Shown here piece by piece: positions 20,091 to 30,318 of a DNA stretch of 64,000 bases. Below the pieces are notes generated by a model. It did no database searches. It saw only the letters and a program-made list of their open reading frames with translations, and was not told where the DNA came from. The stretch covers positions 5,478 to 69,477 of the forward strand of contig JBAZZL010000001.1 in NCBI GenBank assembly GCA_041658785.1, in the 5' to 3' direction. The stretch is from Patescibacteria group bacterium. Lineage in GTDB: Bacteria; Patescibacteriota; Patescibacteriia; Magasanikbacterales; UBA922. The position numbers and the translations under genes are program-made. Position 1 is the first letter of the stretch; every line of letters starts with the position of its first letter.

Positions 20091-20702
20091 TTATTCCTTG
20101 TATAATAAGGCGACTGTTGTTTCTTCTTGCGGTAATTCTTTTTTCTTTAAAATTATTTTCTTTTCAGGTTTTAGGCTGCAGCCAATTTCTTTGAGAAACA
20201 TTTGCTCCGTGCCTGCCTGCGGATCGTTGTCAGATCTAAATGCTGTTGGAATAATTATTCGAGGTTCAATAATACTAACAACCTTCATCGCTCCTTCTGG
20301 CGTCAAAGCATCCTTCGCTCCAACCGGCAAGCACAAAACATCCACGCCGGATAACACATCAAGGGCTTGGTTTGGCGGTGTTTGGCCAATTAATCCGAGA
20401 TGCCCCACGCTTATGCCTTCGGCATCAATACGGACAACAATTGTCCCGGGTTCCCGTCCTGCCGCCGCAGTAACCAAAACGCCTTTTGTTTCGCATTCTC
20501 CAGGAGCTGAAAGTATAAATGGATCGCCAGAAAGCGTAATTGATCCTTTTTCTCCCCGAGTAAACAGCGCGATGTCCGGCGCCAAGCTCCTGGGAAAGCT
20601 GCCATGCGCTGGCCGATATGGATCAATAACAACAACCACATCCTTGCCGGCGTGCTTGGTCTGAATTTTTATCGCTGTGGTTCCGAGCCAAGTAAAATGC
20701 AT
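20091..20702 (-). CDS. MBL-fold metallo-hydrolase (putative)
   Basis: Pattern HFTWLGTTAIKIQ...VVIDPY...SVGHLGLIG...VLCLPVG resembles the UPF0173/beta-lactamase-fold hydrolases. Confidence 0.5.
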   Translation of the reverse strand: MHFTWLGTTAIKIQTKHAGKDVVVVIDPYRPAHGSFPRSLAPDIALFTRGEKGSITLSGDPFILSAPGECETKGVLVTAAAGREPGTIVVRIDAEGISVGHLGLIGQTPPNQALDVLSGVDVLCLPVGAKDALTPEGAMKVVSIIEPRIIIPTAFRSDNDPQAGTEQMFLKEIGCSLKPEKKIILKKKELPQEETTVALLYKE

Positions 20703-20788
20703 ATGTGTTCAAACTTTAGCTAAAAAAACGAAAAATGTAAGATTGTGGAGATATTATAGAGGATTTTAAAGGAGTTTGCAAGAGGCGC

Positions 20789-20817
20789 TTGCCACGCGAC
20801 AACTGTTATGTTATAGT
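20789..20817 (+). promoter_or_regulatory. Sigma70-like promoter for rpsA (TTGCCA-N17-TATAGT) with a roughly 135-nt GC-rich leader
   Basis: ttgcca at 20789-20794 and tatagt at 20812-20817. The leader 20818-20951 contains G-runs (gggcggggcggcggg). Confidence 0.45.
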
Positions 20818-20951
20818 ATTCTGGCTCCAAAACCCAAAACCTTTTGTACAGCCAAAAAGGGCGGGGCGGCGGGCAGTGCATATACCCAAGTCCAGGCACA
20901 AGGACGCCCTCTTTTTGGGGGGTTAAATTTAAAAGTGGGGGGTAAGTATTT

Positions 20952-22244
20952 ATGATGGCAATAAATGAAAAAGTAAAGGGGCAGTTTGCCGAACTGCTCA
21001 AAGATTATTCCGTCAACATCCCAAATGTTGGTGACATAGTTAAAGGCACGGTCATTTCTATCGATCGAGGCATAGTGCGAATTGACATTAGCGGTATAGC
21101 CACAGGTGTGGTGCGCGGCAAAGAATTGTTTGCCGAATCGCAGGAATATACTAATATTGCGGCCGGGGATGAGGTTGAAGCAACCGTCTTGGAGCAAGAA
21201 AACGAAACTGGCGAGATGGAGATGTCTTTTCGCAGCGCCGGCAATCAGCGCGTATGGAATCGCATGGAACAATTTCTAAAAGACGGCATCACCCTTTCTT
21301 CCAAAGTGCTGCAGGCCAACAAAGGCGGGCTGATGATGCAGGTTGACGCGCTGGCTGGATTTCTGCCAGTTTCTCAACTCAACCCAGACCACTATCCTCG
21401 CGTTCCCGGCGGAGACAAGAATCGTATTTTGGAACACCTCAAACAACTTATTGGCAAAGAAATTCAGGTTAAAATAATTGACGTAAATCAAAAAGAAGAA
21501 AAATTAATAGTTTCAGAAAAAGCGGCCTGGGAGGATGACCAAAAAGCGGTGCTGGACGCATACAAAATTGGCGATACGATCGAGGGCGAGATAAGCGCGC
21601 TTACTTCATTTGGCGCCTTTGTAAAATTTGGCGACGGGCTGGAAGGTTTAGTTCATATTTCCGAAATTGTTTGGCAGCGAATTGACCACCCTAGAGATAT
21701 TTTAAAAGTCGGCGACATTGTCAAAGCCCAAATAATTGATCTAAATAAATCCAAAATCTATTTATCAATCAAGCGGCTGATCAATGACCCCTGGAAATCG
21801 GTAAAGGATAAATATAAAACCGGACAAATCGTAGAAGGCGAAGTGCACAAGATAGAACCTTTTGGCCTAATGGTAAAATTGGATGAAGACATTCACGGAT
21901 TGGCGCATATTTCCGAATTATCAAACAAACAAATTCATTCTGTTGATGAGCTGAGAACCGTGTTTGAAGTTGGAAAAAAATATCAGTTTGAGATTGTCAG
22001 CATTGAGCCTGCGGAGCATAGATTGGGATTAAAAATCGGGGGCGTAAAAGGAAGAAATGAAAAATTTAAAGACCAAAAAGCAGGAGAAAGCGAACCACCA
22101 GAAGCGCCGGAAGCAAAAGAGAGGCCGGCAAAAGAATCAAAGCTAAAAAAAGAGAAAAAAAGAGCGCCAAAAATATCAGGTGATAAAGCACCGCCAGCAG
22201 AAAAAAAAGAGGAGAAGAGTGAGGCTGAAGAAATAAAAAGTTAA
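20952..22244 (+). CDS. rpsA: 30S ribosomal protein S1
   Basis: Four S1 (OB) repeats (GDIVKGTVISI..., GDTIEGEISAL...GLVHISEI, GDIVKAQIID..., GQIVEGEVHKI...GLAHISEL) and a Lys/Glu-rich tail. Confidence 0.85.
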   Translation: MMAINEKVKGQFAELLKDYSVNIPNVGDIVKGTVISIDRGIVRIDISGIATGVVRGKELFAESQEYTNIAAGDEVEATVLEQENETGEMEMSFRSAGNQRVWNRMEQFLKDGITLSSKVLQANKGGLMMQVDALAGFLPVSQLNPDHYPRVPGGDKNRILEHLKQLIGKEIQVKIIDVNQKEEKLIVSEKAAWEDDQKAVLDAYKIGDTIEGEISALTSFGAFVKFGDGLEGLVHISEIVWQRIDHPRDILKVGDIVKAQIIDLNKSKIYLSIKRLINDPWKSVKDKYKTGQIVEGEVHKIEPFGLMVKLDEDIHGLAHISELSNKQIHSVDELRTVFEVGKKYQFEIVSIEPAEHRLGLKIGGVKGRNEKFKDQKAGESEPPEAPEAKERPAKESKLKKEKKRAPKISGDKAPPAEKKEEKSEAEEIKS

Positions 22245-22258
22245 AACAACAAATAAAA

Positions 22259-22283
22259 CACTCCAGACCAGCTGGAGTGTTTT
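22259..22283 (+). terminator. Rho-independent terminator after rpsA
   Basis: cactccag-accag-ctggagtg hairpin followed by tttt. Confidence 0.7.
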
Positions 22284-22311
22284 GATTTCTTGAGATGCGG
22301 CGGGGTATCCT

Positions 22312-22917
22312 TCAAAGCATCCTTGCGGCTTTGAGCGCCCTCGCCCACCAGAGCAAATCATCAAAGAATATTTGTACGCGATCCCCCATCACGCCCTCAT
22401 GGATTGGCTTGAACATTTCATTGCCTGTCGGTCCCTTGCCCATCATCGCCGCCATAAAGATATCAACTGGAATATGAATAGCATTTCTGATCGGAGCCAT
22501 TTGGAGCTCAACCGCGACTTGGCGAAGCTGTTCAACCGAACGCGCGCCAAGCGCGCTGCCGTAGCTTACAAAACCGACCGGCTTTTTGTTCCACTCCGGG
22601 TAGATAACATCCATTGCGTTTTTGAGTACCGCGGAATAGCCGTGATTATATTCTGGCGCGACGATGATAAATGCGTCTCCATCGTTTATTTTTTCTGCCC
22701 ATTTTTTGACAAATTCGTCTGAGTACTGCCCCTTCGCCATTGAAGGCGACATCGGGCTGTCAAAAAACGGCATCGGATAATCGCGCAAATCCAAAAGCTC
22801 GGCTTCCACGCCCTCCAGCTTCTTTGCTTCCTCAAAAATCCACTGTGCGGGCTTTTCACTGAAGCGATTTTGCCGCACGCTGCCAAGAATGATTTTAATT
22901 TTGATTAAGGTATTCAT
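22312..22917 (-). CDS. NAD(P)H-dependent FMN reductase (flavodoxin-like fold)
   Basis: IKIILGSVRQNRFSEK..., IVAPEYNHGYSAVLKNAMD; 201 aa. Confidence 0.75.
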   Translation of the reverse strand: MNTLIKIKIILGSVRQNRFSEKPAQWIFEEAKKLEGVEAELLDLRDYPMPFFDSPMSPSMAKGQYSDEFVKKWAEKINDGDAFIIVAPEYNHGYSAVLKNAMDVIYPEWNKKPVGFVSYGSALGARSVEQLRQVAVELQMAPIRNAIHIPVDIFMAAMMGKGPTGNEMFKPIHEGVMGDRVQIFFDDLLWWARALKAARML

Positions 22918-23059
22918 ATAAATTTATTTACTCTTTTTAATAACCTCGCGGATCGTATCTAATCAACCCGAAAGATGCGACGCGAACTGTTCAACCTTCA
23001 AGAGCTTGGCGAGCGCGATCATGTCGCGCCCCATACCAAACACAAGGAGCTTGTCTCCT

Positions 23060-23650
23060 TTATATTTTCCCTACCAAATCTGAACCGGGTTTGAGGGTTT
23101 TGCCGCCGGGTTTCCAGCTGGCGGGGCAAACAAGACCGGGGTGTTCTCGGACAAATTGCGAGGCTTGGAGTTTACGAAAAATCTCTTCTATGTTGCGGCC
23201 GATAGAATTATCATGGATATCATAAGATTTGATCGTCTGATCAGGATCAACAATAAAAGTGGCGCGAAGAGACAGGCCTTCTTCTTCTATAAAGGTGCCG
23301 AGAGCATGGCAAAATTTTCCGGTTGGATCCGCTAACATCGGGTACTTTACCTTTTTAACGGACGGAGAAGTATCATGCCATGCTTTATGAGCAAAGGCAG
23401 TGTCGGTGCTGATACTGACGATTTCGGCGCCGATTTTCTTGAATTTACTATAATATTCAGCCGCGTCTTCAAGTTCAGTCGGACAGACAAAAGTGAAGTC
23501 GGCTGGATAAAAAAGAAGCACAAGCCATTTCCCTTTATAATCGCCCATGGTGATATCTTTGATATCATTTTGGTAATAAGCGGAAAGAGTAAACTTTGGG
23601 AGCTTCTTGCCAATTAGTGGATAAATGAGATTGTTGTTATCTTCAATCAT
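23060..23650 (-). CDS. Peroxiredoxin (AhpC/TSA 2-Cys family)
   Basis: Peroxidatic Cys motif FTFVCPTE and resolving Cys near the C-terminus (GLVCPASW); 196 aa. Confidence 0.9.
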   Translation of the reverse strand: MIEDNNNLIYPLIGKKLPKFTLSAYYQNDIKDITMGDYKGKWLVLLFYPADFTFVCPTELEDAAEYYSKFKKIGAEIVSISTDTAFAHKAWHDTSPSVKKVKYPMLADPTGKFCHALGTFIEEEGLSLRATFIVDPDQTIKSYDIHDNSIGRNIEEIFRKLQASQFVREHPGLVCPASWKPGGKTLKPGSDLVGKI

Positions 23651-24042
23651 ATTTTTAGTAATTAATTTTTTTAATTATATCAGTCGATCTTATTTCAAAA
23701 TAATGGATATTATTCCATCGCCACGCCGAAAAACTTGTTGAATTCCATAAGAAAAACAATCATGAAATCCCGCCAAGCTGGGCTTTATCCAACGATTTTT
23801 ATGAAATAAAATCATTGACGGAAAAAATTGGAACGAACCGCCGTTTGCTTTCCCGAAAAACTGAATTTGAATTTGTCCGCCCCTTTGATTTAATTCCGAA
23901 ATATTTACCCGCCGTAGCTGAAAAAGCGCAGGAGGGCAAGGCTTTCTGCGAAGCGAGACCCGCTCCCGCATCGCCGTGCGGGATAAACTCCGGCGGGGCG
24001 AGCGAGCAACCAAATGCTCCTCAATTTTCAAAATGTCTATCT

Positions 24043-24119
24043 TGGTCGGGGTGAAAGGACTTGAACCTTCGGCCTTCTGGTCCCAAACCAGACGCTCTAG
24101 CCAACTGAGCTACACCCCG
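24043..24119 (-). tRNA. tRNA-Pro (TGG)
   Basis: Hand-folded reverse complement: CGGGGTG acceptor, anticodon loop TTTGGGA, T-loop GGTTCAAGTCC, 3' ACCA encoded. Confidence 0.85.
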
Positions 24120-24206
24120 AAAACATGATGCACGAGGCACGTAGCACGACTCATTTTGGACAATTTGTCGTGCGTCGTGCTGTGTGCATCGTGCCTCGTG
24201 AATAAG
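24120..24206. repeat. MITE-like family 2 (catgatgcacgaggcacg ... ttggacaatt ... cgtgcctcgtg), between tRNA-Pro and tRNA-Phe
   Basis: Imperfect inverted repeat around the ttggacaatt core. Homologous copies at 50968-51059 and 52640-52790, partial at 51136-51175 and 43640-43680. Confidence 0.65.
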
Positions 24207-24278
24207 TGCCGAGGGCGAGGATCGAACTCGCGACGCAAGGATTTTCAGTCCTTCGCTCTACCACTGAGCTACCTCGGC
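24207..24278 (-). tRNA. tRNA-Phe (GAA)
   Basis: Reverse complement GCCGAGGTAGCTCAGTGGTAGAGC...anticodon loop CTGAAAA...GAGTTCGATCCTCGCCCTCGGCA. Confidence 0.85.
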
Positions 24279-24279
24279 G

Positions 24280-24358
24280 TTACGGATTACGGATAATCCT
24301 GATTTACGGATATGGCGAAATTGTCATCCGTAAATCAGGATTATCCGTAATCCGTAAG
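24280..24358. repeat. Perfect 35-bp-arm hairpin (ttacggattacggataatcctgatttacggat ... atccgtaaatcaggattatccgtaatccgtaa) between tRNA-Phe and tRNA-Ala
   Basis: Read directly. Contains the ttacgg/aatccgta motif that recurs at 11576, 26300 and 46160. Confidence 0.85.
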
Positions 24359-24361
24359 CAG

Positions 24362-24434
24362 TGGACCCGAGCGGATTCGAACCGCTGACCTCCGCGATGC
24401 AAACGCGGCGCTATACCAGCTAAGCTACGGGCCC
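24362..24434 (-). tRNA. tRNA-Ala (TGC)
   Basis: Reverse complement GGGCCCGTAGCTTAGCTGGTATAGCGCCGCGTTTGCATCGCGG...GGTTCGAATCCGCTCGGGTCCA; G3:U70 present. Confidence 0.85.
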
Positions 24435-24544
24435 ATATCAGTTAGAGAGTTCATAAAGTTTATGAACTTTATGAACTTTTTGAACTTCGGGGCAAATTAT
24501 AACAGCTAAAAGACCCAAATGTCAAGGAAGTTAGAAGAGTGTTA

Positions 24545-26239
24545 TTAGTGATGAGTTCCCGCGGTAAAGCGCAGTTTCATTTCTTCTTTTTGTTCGCGGC
24601 GTAGAAGTTCAAAAGTTTTTTTGGTCCAAGGAGAATCTTTGAGCACCGAGGCTACCCAGTTGCCGCCAAGAAGATGCGGCATCATTACATAATCGGCTCC
24701 AGCGTCATATAGTTCTTTGAGATAAGTATTGTGGTAAAGATTCGCGATGATGTTAGTTTTAGAATTCAGGCTCTTGATGTGTTTGATCATAACTAATTGA
24801 TCGTCAGGTTCGGGCAAAGTAGAAACCACTAGTTTTGCTTCAGACAGCGGTAAAGAAGAAAGAAATTCAACATCAGCCGCATCGCCAAAATAACAAGGAA
24901 TACCGCGGTGTTTTAATTTTTGGATGGCATCAGGATTAAAGTCCACGACCGCGAAAGTAATTTTCTTTTCCGCCAAGGCTTCACACAGCTTCCAGCCAAT
25001 GCGGTGGTAGCCAAAAATAATTACCTCATATTTTTTGCCCACATCTTCTTTTTGGAGATGTTTATCTTTACCAAAGATATTGAAAAAAGGAATTAAGAAA
25101 CGATATAGCTCTTCATTGTAGGTAATAAGGTAAGAAGAAATAAAAATAGTGATCAGCGCGACAATCGTAAAGGTGGGCAATTCTAATCCACCCAGATGGC
25201 CCGCCAGCCCGCCGGTAAAAATTAAAATAAAACCAAACTCGCTTACTTGCGCGCCAGTAACGCCAGCCAAAAAACTATTGCGGCGGGAGAATTTTTGCAT
25301 TCTGAATAAATGATATAGGATGAGCGGTTTAATAAATAAAATGAAAGCGGCCAAAATCAAGCCGGGCATTAAAATTTTATTTATTCCCGCCAAGCTCATT
25401 TCACTGCCTAAAATGATAAAGAACAAAATAATGAAAAAGTCGCGCAAAGGCCTGACGCGGCTCGCGATCTGTGTTTGATATGGGGAAGAGCCTAGTGATA
25501 ATCCCGCAATTACGGCGCCTATTTCTATTGAAAATCCCGCCCAGTATAGCAGGCTGGCAACGCCAAAACACCAAGCAATGGTAAAGATAAACAAAAACTC
25601 GCTGGATTTGGCGACATGGTCAAGCAGTCTTGGCAAGAGATAACGGGATAAAAAGAAAACTATAGCGACTAAAATAAATCCTCGCACCAGCAAATCTATC
25701 GCGCTGCCAGACGGCATCCCCGCGCCGCTGGCAGAAGTAATAAAAAGCATGAGGATGATGGCGATAATATCTTGGACAATCATGAGACCGAGGGTGTGCC
25801 GGCCATAAGCGGATTCAGCGTCTTTTTTTTCATTCAGAAGCTTGACAATAATAATCGTGCTGGAAAAAATGATCGCGACGCCAAGATATAAAGCGGATAA
25901 TACCGGGAAATTTAGATAGCGCAAAAGTAAAAAACCGATCGCGCCGGTAAGAACAAACTGAACCAGACCAGTAACCACAGCCACCCGGCCGATTTTTTTA
26001 ATATGGCTGATATTCAAACTCAAACCGACAACAAAAAGAAGCAAGACCACGCCGAATTCAGCGAAAGCGTTGTATGCTTTTTGATCTCCGGCAACGAGAT
26101 TCAAAAAAAGCGGGCCAGCGATTATTCCGGCGACAATATACGCGCTCATCAGTGGTTGGCGAAGCAGGCGCATGACGGCGGCAATTGTGACGGTGATGCC
26201 GAGGAGAATGCTGAGTTGGAAGAAGATGTTGTCAATCAT
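24545..26239 (-). CDS. Kef-type cation:proton antiporter with C-terminal TrkA-N (RCK) domain (CPA2 family)
   Basis: About 12 TM helices, then Rossmann GYHRIGWKLCEALAEKKITFAVVDFNP; 564 aa. Confidence 0.8.
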   Translation of the reverse strand: MIDNIFFQLSILLGITVTIAAVMRLLRQPLMSAYIVAGIIAGPLFLNLVAGDQKAYNAFAEFGVVLLLFVVGLSLNISHIKKIGRVAVVTGLVQFVLTGAIGFLLLRYLNFPVLSALYLGVAIIFSSTIIIVKLLNEKKDAESAYGRHTLGLMIVQDIIAIILMLFITSASGAGMPSGSAIDLLVRGFILVAIVFFLSRYLLPRLLDHVAKSSEFLFIFTIAWCFGVASLLYWAGFSIEIGAVIAGLSLGSSPYQTQIASRVRPLRDFFIILFFIILGSEMSLAGINKILMPGLILAAFILFIKPLILYHLFRMQKFSRRNSFLAGVTGAQVSEFGFILIFTGGLAGHLGGLELPTFTIVALITIFISSYLITYNEELYRFLIPFFNIFGKDKHLQKEDVGKKYEVIIFGYHRIGWKLCEALAEKKITFAVVDFNPDAIQKLKHRGIPCYFGDAADVEFLSSLPLSEAKLVVSTLPEPDDQLVMIKHIKSLNSKTNIIANLYHNTYLKELYDAGADYVMMPHLLGGNWVASVLKDSPWTKKTFELLRREQKEEMKLRFTAGTHH

Positions 26240-26246
26240 AATAATA

Positions 26247-26310
26247 CATACGAATTATACGAATGTACGGATACCATTATAAAAATTCGTACATTCGTAT
26301 AATTCGTAAT
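26247..26310. terminator. Long perfect hairpin (atacgaattatacgaatgtacg ... cgtacattcgtataattcgtaat) 3' of the LTD surface-protein gene
   Basis: Stem of 21 bp or more, read directly. Lies between the stop of the 26354 gene and the start of the kef gene. Confidence 0.55.
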
Positions 26311-26353
26311 CCGTATGTTGAGTATTATAGCAGAAAATGAGTAAATTGTCTTT

Positions 26354-29300
26354 TTATTTTTTCCTCCTCACCACCGCCACCGCCACTCCGCCAAATCGTT
26401 TAACCAATCCAGCGACCGCCGCCCCCCTTGCCCTGGCGAATAGGCCGGCCAAGAGGGCAGTGAGTCCGCCGGCCGTGGCGGTTAAGTATGTTTCAGCCAC
26501 GTCTTTTGACGAGGCCGCGCCGGAGTCGGGCAGATTATTTATAGCCGACTCGGCTACGCCGGTTTTGACGATGTCGGCTTGGCCGCGGGGCAGGAGTTGG
26601 AAGCCGTCTTTGGTGCGGCTGACGATGCCAGTAACTTGGGCCAGGTCGCCGAGCTGCAGTGTTTGGCGATTGATGCCGGCGCCGCGTTTGAAATAAATCC
26701 GTACTTCTTCAGTGCCGTCGTCAACGTACATGTAAGATGATTTTATTTCCGTAATTTCTCCGTGTACTTGCGCCAGCCAGCCCTCGTAGCCCTCGCCGAC
26801 GTCCGTAACATCAAGCGTTTTTGCTTGAGGTTCGCCCGGGTGGTCAATTTTGACGATATCGTCTTTGGTCTGGGTTTTGAGGCGGGCTTCGCCGTTGATC
26901 TGCGAAATCTCGCCGGTTACTTCCACGCGGTCGCCGACTTTTAAATCCGACGGGAAGTCCTTTTTGTAAGAATAAATTTGCACGCCCGGGCTTCCCACAA
27001 TGTAAAAATACTGCGAACCTAAAACGCCGGGCAGAACCGCCACAATGCCGGCCACTTTTACGCGGTCGCCGACGTCTTCTTCGCGGATTTTTTCCAAGGT
27101 AGTGTTAATGACCGGCTTAATATATTTGCTTTTGTTTTTGGTTATTTTTGTTCCAGCCACCGCTTTCGGAACGGAGATAATATTGGCTTCGCCCGGGGTG
27201 ATGCTCGCGGTCCAGGTCCAGTTTTCATCCGTATCCGGCGCATAGCTCGCGCCTTCGGGCGCGTCGTCGTAGCGGACTTCGGTTAAAATTGTTCCATCCG
27301 GGTACAGTATTCTGACCGAGTCGCTCACATTATTCAGCGCCAGTTTTGTCTCCTGCTTGCCAAAGACCTTGTACTCGCCGGCCGCGATAATCGTGCCGTC
27401 GGGAATCGTATAAGCGCGCGAGCCGCCCTCTTCATCATCCAGTTTTAATTGAGAAATATCAATTTCCTCCGCAGTCGGATTCCAGAGTTCAATAAATTCC
27501 GCGGCGTCCGAGCCGGCCGGGTTGGGAATGAATTCGGAAACTCTGATTTTTTCCACCGGTTCAGTTGATAAATATCCGCCGGCGAAGTCCGCCTCGTTTT
27601 TTACCGTGATAATCACGTTTTTTTCTGATTCATTACCGCTCGTATCGGAGACGGTCAGTTTGATCGTATAAACACCCATCGCGATAAAACGATGTTCCAC
27701 GAGCGCGCCTTCGCCCCCGCCGCCATCGCCAAAATCCCAGACAAACGTCATTTCATCGCCATCCGGATCAGTTGTGTCCGACGCGTCAAACATTACCGGC
27801 TCGTTTACGGCGACCTCGGTATCCACATCAATCGCGATAATCGGCGCCGCGCTTTTTCCTTCTAAAATATTTTTTGTTCCGGGCGTGGATTTAACGGTCC
27901 AGGCCCAGGAATTATCATCGCGGCGGGCGTAGCTTTCGTTTTCTCCGGCGCTACCGGTGTATCTTATTTTGTCCGCGACGGCGCCGCTCGCGCCATACAG
28001 AGCAATTTCATCGCCGCCGGTGTTATTTAGCGCGATGCCGGTCATTGAGCGTTTGAAAACAATAAAGCCGCCCGCGCTTAATGTTCCCTGGGTGATAGTA
28101 TAACGTTTGCTGGAGCTGTCTCCGAGCTTCCAACCGGCTAGGTTGATTGTTTCCGCGCCGGTATTTTTTAATTCAATCCATTCCCCGTCATCATCGGCCC
28201 CGGCCGGATTGGGCAGAAGTTCGTTAATAACGACATTGGTTGGCATGGTTGCCGGAGCGACTGTTTTGCCCTCTGGCGTCGTGTTGGTGATGATATTCGC
28301 GCGGCCGGAAGTAATCGTGGCCGTTAAAACAAAATCATAATAATCATTGTTGCTGTCTTGGCCGTTCACTTTTCTGATCAAACTCGTGGGGTCGGCCGGA
28401 ACAGGCGCGTTGTCCGCCAGATTGCCATCGTCCCAAGTTCCATAAGTAACGCTGTCTATTTCTTTTCCGCTCGGATCAAAAATTTTTACAATGTCGCCGC
28501 TATTATTCAAACTGCCTTTCGGTTCTTCAATGACAAAATATCCTTTTGCAGCGACACTGCCAGCAAGCGCGGTTTTGGTTTCGCTGCCATCCTCAATCCA
28601 CCAGCTGTCAAGAGCGATCATGCTGCCGGTAGTGTTAAAAATCTCCACGAACTCTTCCGCGTCGTCGGCCGGATCGCTTACCAATTCATTGATCACCAAG
28701 CTCCCGGGATTAAACGAAGGCAAAAGAGCGCCTCCGCCGCCGGCAGGAGGCGGCGGCGCGGGCAAAGCCGGCGCGGTGATTTGATTATCCGTTCCCTTGG
28801 TCGGCGTTGCGGTTTCGGCAAAATCATTTTTGTCATTATTTGTGTCTTGCCCGTCTACGATTCTGGCAACAGTGTTCGGATCACTTACCGCCGGCGCATT
28901 GTCCGCGGTGTTTCCGTCGTCCCAATTGCCATAAACCGCTTTGTCAATAATTTCTCCAGTTGGATTTTTTAAAATAATAATATCGCCGCTGTTATTTAAT
29001 TTACTGCTAGCCAAAGCAATCACCGCGAAGCCGAGAGTTTCAATCGTATTTGTCGGGGAAGAAATAGTACCTACGCCATCAGCCAAAGTCCAACCGGTTA
29101 AATTAACAGTTAAAGTGGACGCATTGTACAGTTCAATCCATTCATTTTGGCCTTCAGGCGCGTCGCTGACAAATTCATTAATTACAATTAAAGCTGGTGT
29201 TGAAGTTGGTGTGGGGATTGAATCGCTAACCACAATGTTTAAAGTTTCTAAATCAGTCGCGCCATCATCATCCGTAACAGTAAGAGTAACCGCAAATGTT

Positions 29301-30055
29301 CCTGCCGTAGTGAAAGTGTGGGTAATTGTTGCTTCGTTACCGATAATGGCATCCTCTATTTTCCATTCATAACTAATTATTGTTCCATCAGAATCAGTTG
29401 AATTATTGCCGTTTAGCGCGACTGGAGTATTGACATCGGCTGTGGCGCTCGCAGAAATAATTGCCGTAGGAGGATTGTTCGCTGGTGGTGTAAAACCTGA
29501 CCAATAGTTTTGAACGCCGGCAGTATTTCCGTTCGGGTGTTCTATCCAGTTTGAGCTGGTGTAATCTGGCAAAGAGGCGTCTTTTCTTTCCAGCGAATAA
29601 TCAAAGGCCGGGACATAGGTAAATTGTTCAACAAAATTGCCATCAGCGTCTTTTAAGCCGATTTCTTCTCCGCTTTCGTTCAGCGTACTCCATGAGCTAT
29701 CAAAAATAGTAACGCTTACACTCGGATAATCCGCTCGAAAATTAATATCGTTTTGGGTGATGACCGCATATTCTCCCGGGCCAATTAAATAATCATCTCC
29801 CTGAATTAAACTAAGTCCATGATTGGTTGCTTCTTCCCAAAATTTCCAGTCTTCCATATTTATTGGTTCGGTTCCTTTGTTAAAAATTTCTACCCATTCA
29901 TGCCCGCTGGATTCGTAATTGCCAATTTCATTAATTACAATGTCCGCATTATTTCCTAAAACTTTCCCGCTAAATAAAAAAACGCTCCCAAGCATTATAA
30001 TACTCGCGAGCGCTATACCCCCGTTTCTTTTCAGAATATTTATTTTACTATCCAT
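26354..30055 (-). CDS. Large secreted surface protein with five lamin-tail (LTD) domains, two PKD domains, an OB-fold-like module and a C-terminal TM anchor
   Basis: Signal peptide. LTD pattern repeated (VINEIGNYESSGHEWVEIFNKG..., VINEFVSDAPEGQNEWIELYNAS..., VINELVSDPADDAEEFVEIFNTT..., VINELLPNPAGADDDGEWIELKNTG..., VSEFIPNPAGSDAAEFIELWNPT...). PKD-like segments with WDFGDG. Terminal hydrophobic helix plus RRKK. Confidence 0.85.
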   Translation of the reverse strand: MDSKINILKRNGGIALASIIMLGSVFLFSGKVLGNNADIVINEIGNYESSGHEWVEIFNKGTEPINMEDWKFWEEATNHGLSLIQGDDYLIGPGEYAVITQNDINFRADYPSVSVTIFDSSWSTLNESGEEIGLKDADGNFVEQFTYVPAFDYSLERKDASLPDYTSSNWIEHPNGNTAGVQNYWSGFTPPANNPPTAIISASATADVNTPVALNGNNSTDSDGTIISYEWKIEDAIIGNEATITHTFTTAGTFAVTLTVTDDDGATDLETLNIVVSDSIPTPTSTPALIVINEFVSDAPEGQNEWIELYNASTLTVNLTGWTLADGVGTISSPTNTIETLGFAVIALASSKLNNSGDIIILKNPTGEIIDKAVYGNWDDGNTADNAPAVSDPNTVARIVDGQDTNNDKNDFAETATPTKGTDNQITAPALPAPPPPAGGGGALLPSFNPGSLVINELVSDPADDAEEFVEIFNTTGSMIALDSWWIEDGSETKTALAGSVAAKGYFVIEEPKGSLNNSGDIVKIFDPSGKEIDSVTYGTWDDGNLADNAPVPADPTSLIRKVNGQDSNNDYYDFVLTATITSGRANIITNTTPEGKTVAPATMPTNVVINELLPNPAGADDDGEWIELKNTGAETINLAGWKLGDSSSKRYTITQGTLSAGGFIVFKRSMTGIALNNTGGDEIALYGASGAVADKIRYTGSAGENESYARRDDNSWAWTVKSTPGTKNILEGKSAAPIIAIDVDTEVAVNEPVMFDASDTTDPDGDEMTFVWDFGDGGGGEGALVEHRFIAMGVYTIKLTVSDTSGNESEKNVIITVKNEADFAGGYLSTEPVEKIRVSEFIPNPAGSDAAEFIELWNPTAEEIDISQLKLDDEEGGSRAYTIPDGTIIAAGEYKVFGKQETKLALNNVSDSVRILYPDGTILTEVRYDDAPEGASYAPDTDENWTWTASITPGEANIISVPKAVAGTKITKNKSKYIKPVINTTLEKIREEDVGDRVKVAGIVAVLPGVLGSQYFYIVGSPGVQIYSYKKDFPSDLKVGDRVEVTGEISQINGEARLKTQTKDDIVKIDHPGEPQAKTLDVTDVGEGYEGWLAQVHGEITEIKSSYMYVDDGTEEVRIYFKRGAGINRQTLQLGDLAQVTGIVSRTKDGFQLLPRGQADIVKTGVAESAINNLPDSGAASSKDVAETYLTATAGGLTALLAGLFARARGAAVAGLVKRFGGVAVAVVRRKK

Positions 30056-30318
30056 ACCCCCTAATGTTAAGAACTAAAAATAAAATTATTTTGATTATAG
30101 CATTTTTTAAAAAATAAAAAAATACCCGCTGGCCAAGCAATCTATCCACCTGTCCTCCTTCCTTTTTGAAAGGAAGGAGGAACGTGGTAAAAATGTTATT
30201 GTTAAACCAACTTTTTTTGAGCAAAAATGAGAGAGGACTTTAGAAAACTTTTATTAACGGGTTCCCTTTCCCCTCATAAGGGAAAGGGGCAGGGATAGAG
30301 TTGTCGGGCTACCACGAT

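Noticed and set aside
23690-24054. ORFs 23690-24031(-) and 23815-24054(+)
   Set aside because: No recognisable family and biased Arg/Pro composition. They overlap a degenerate family-1 repeat fragment (23930-24000). The region is more likely the non-coding peroxiredoxin/tRNA spacer.
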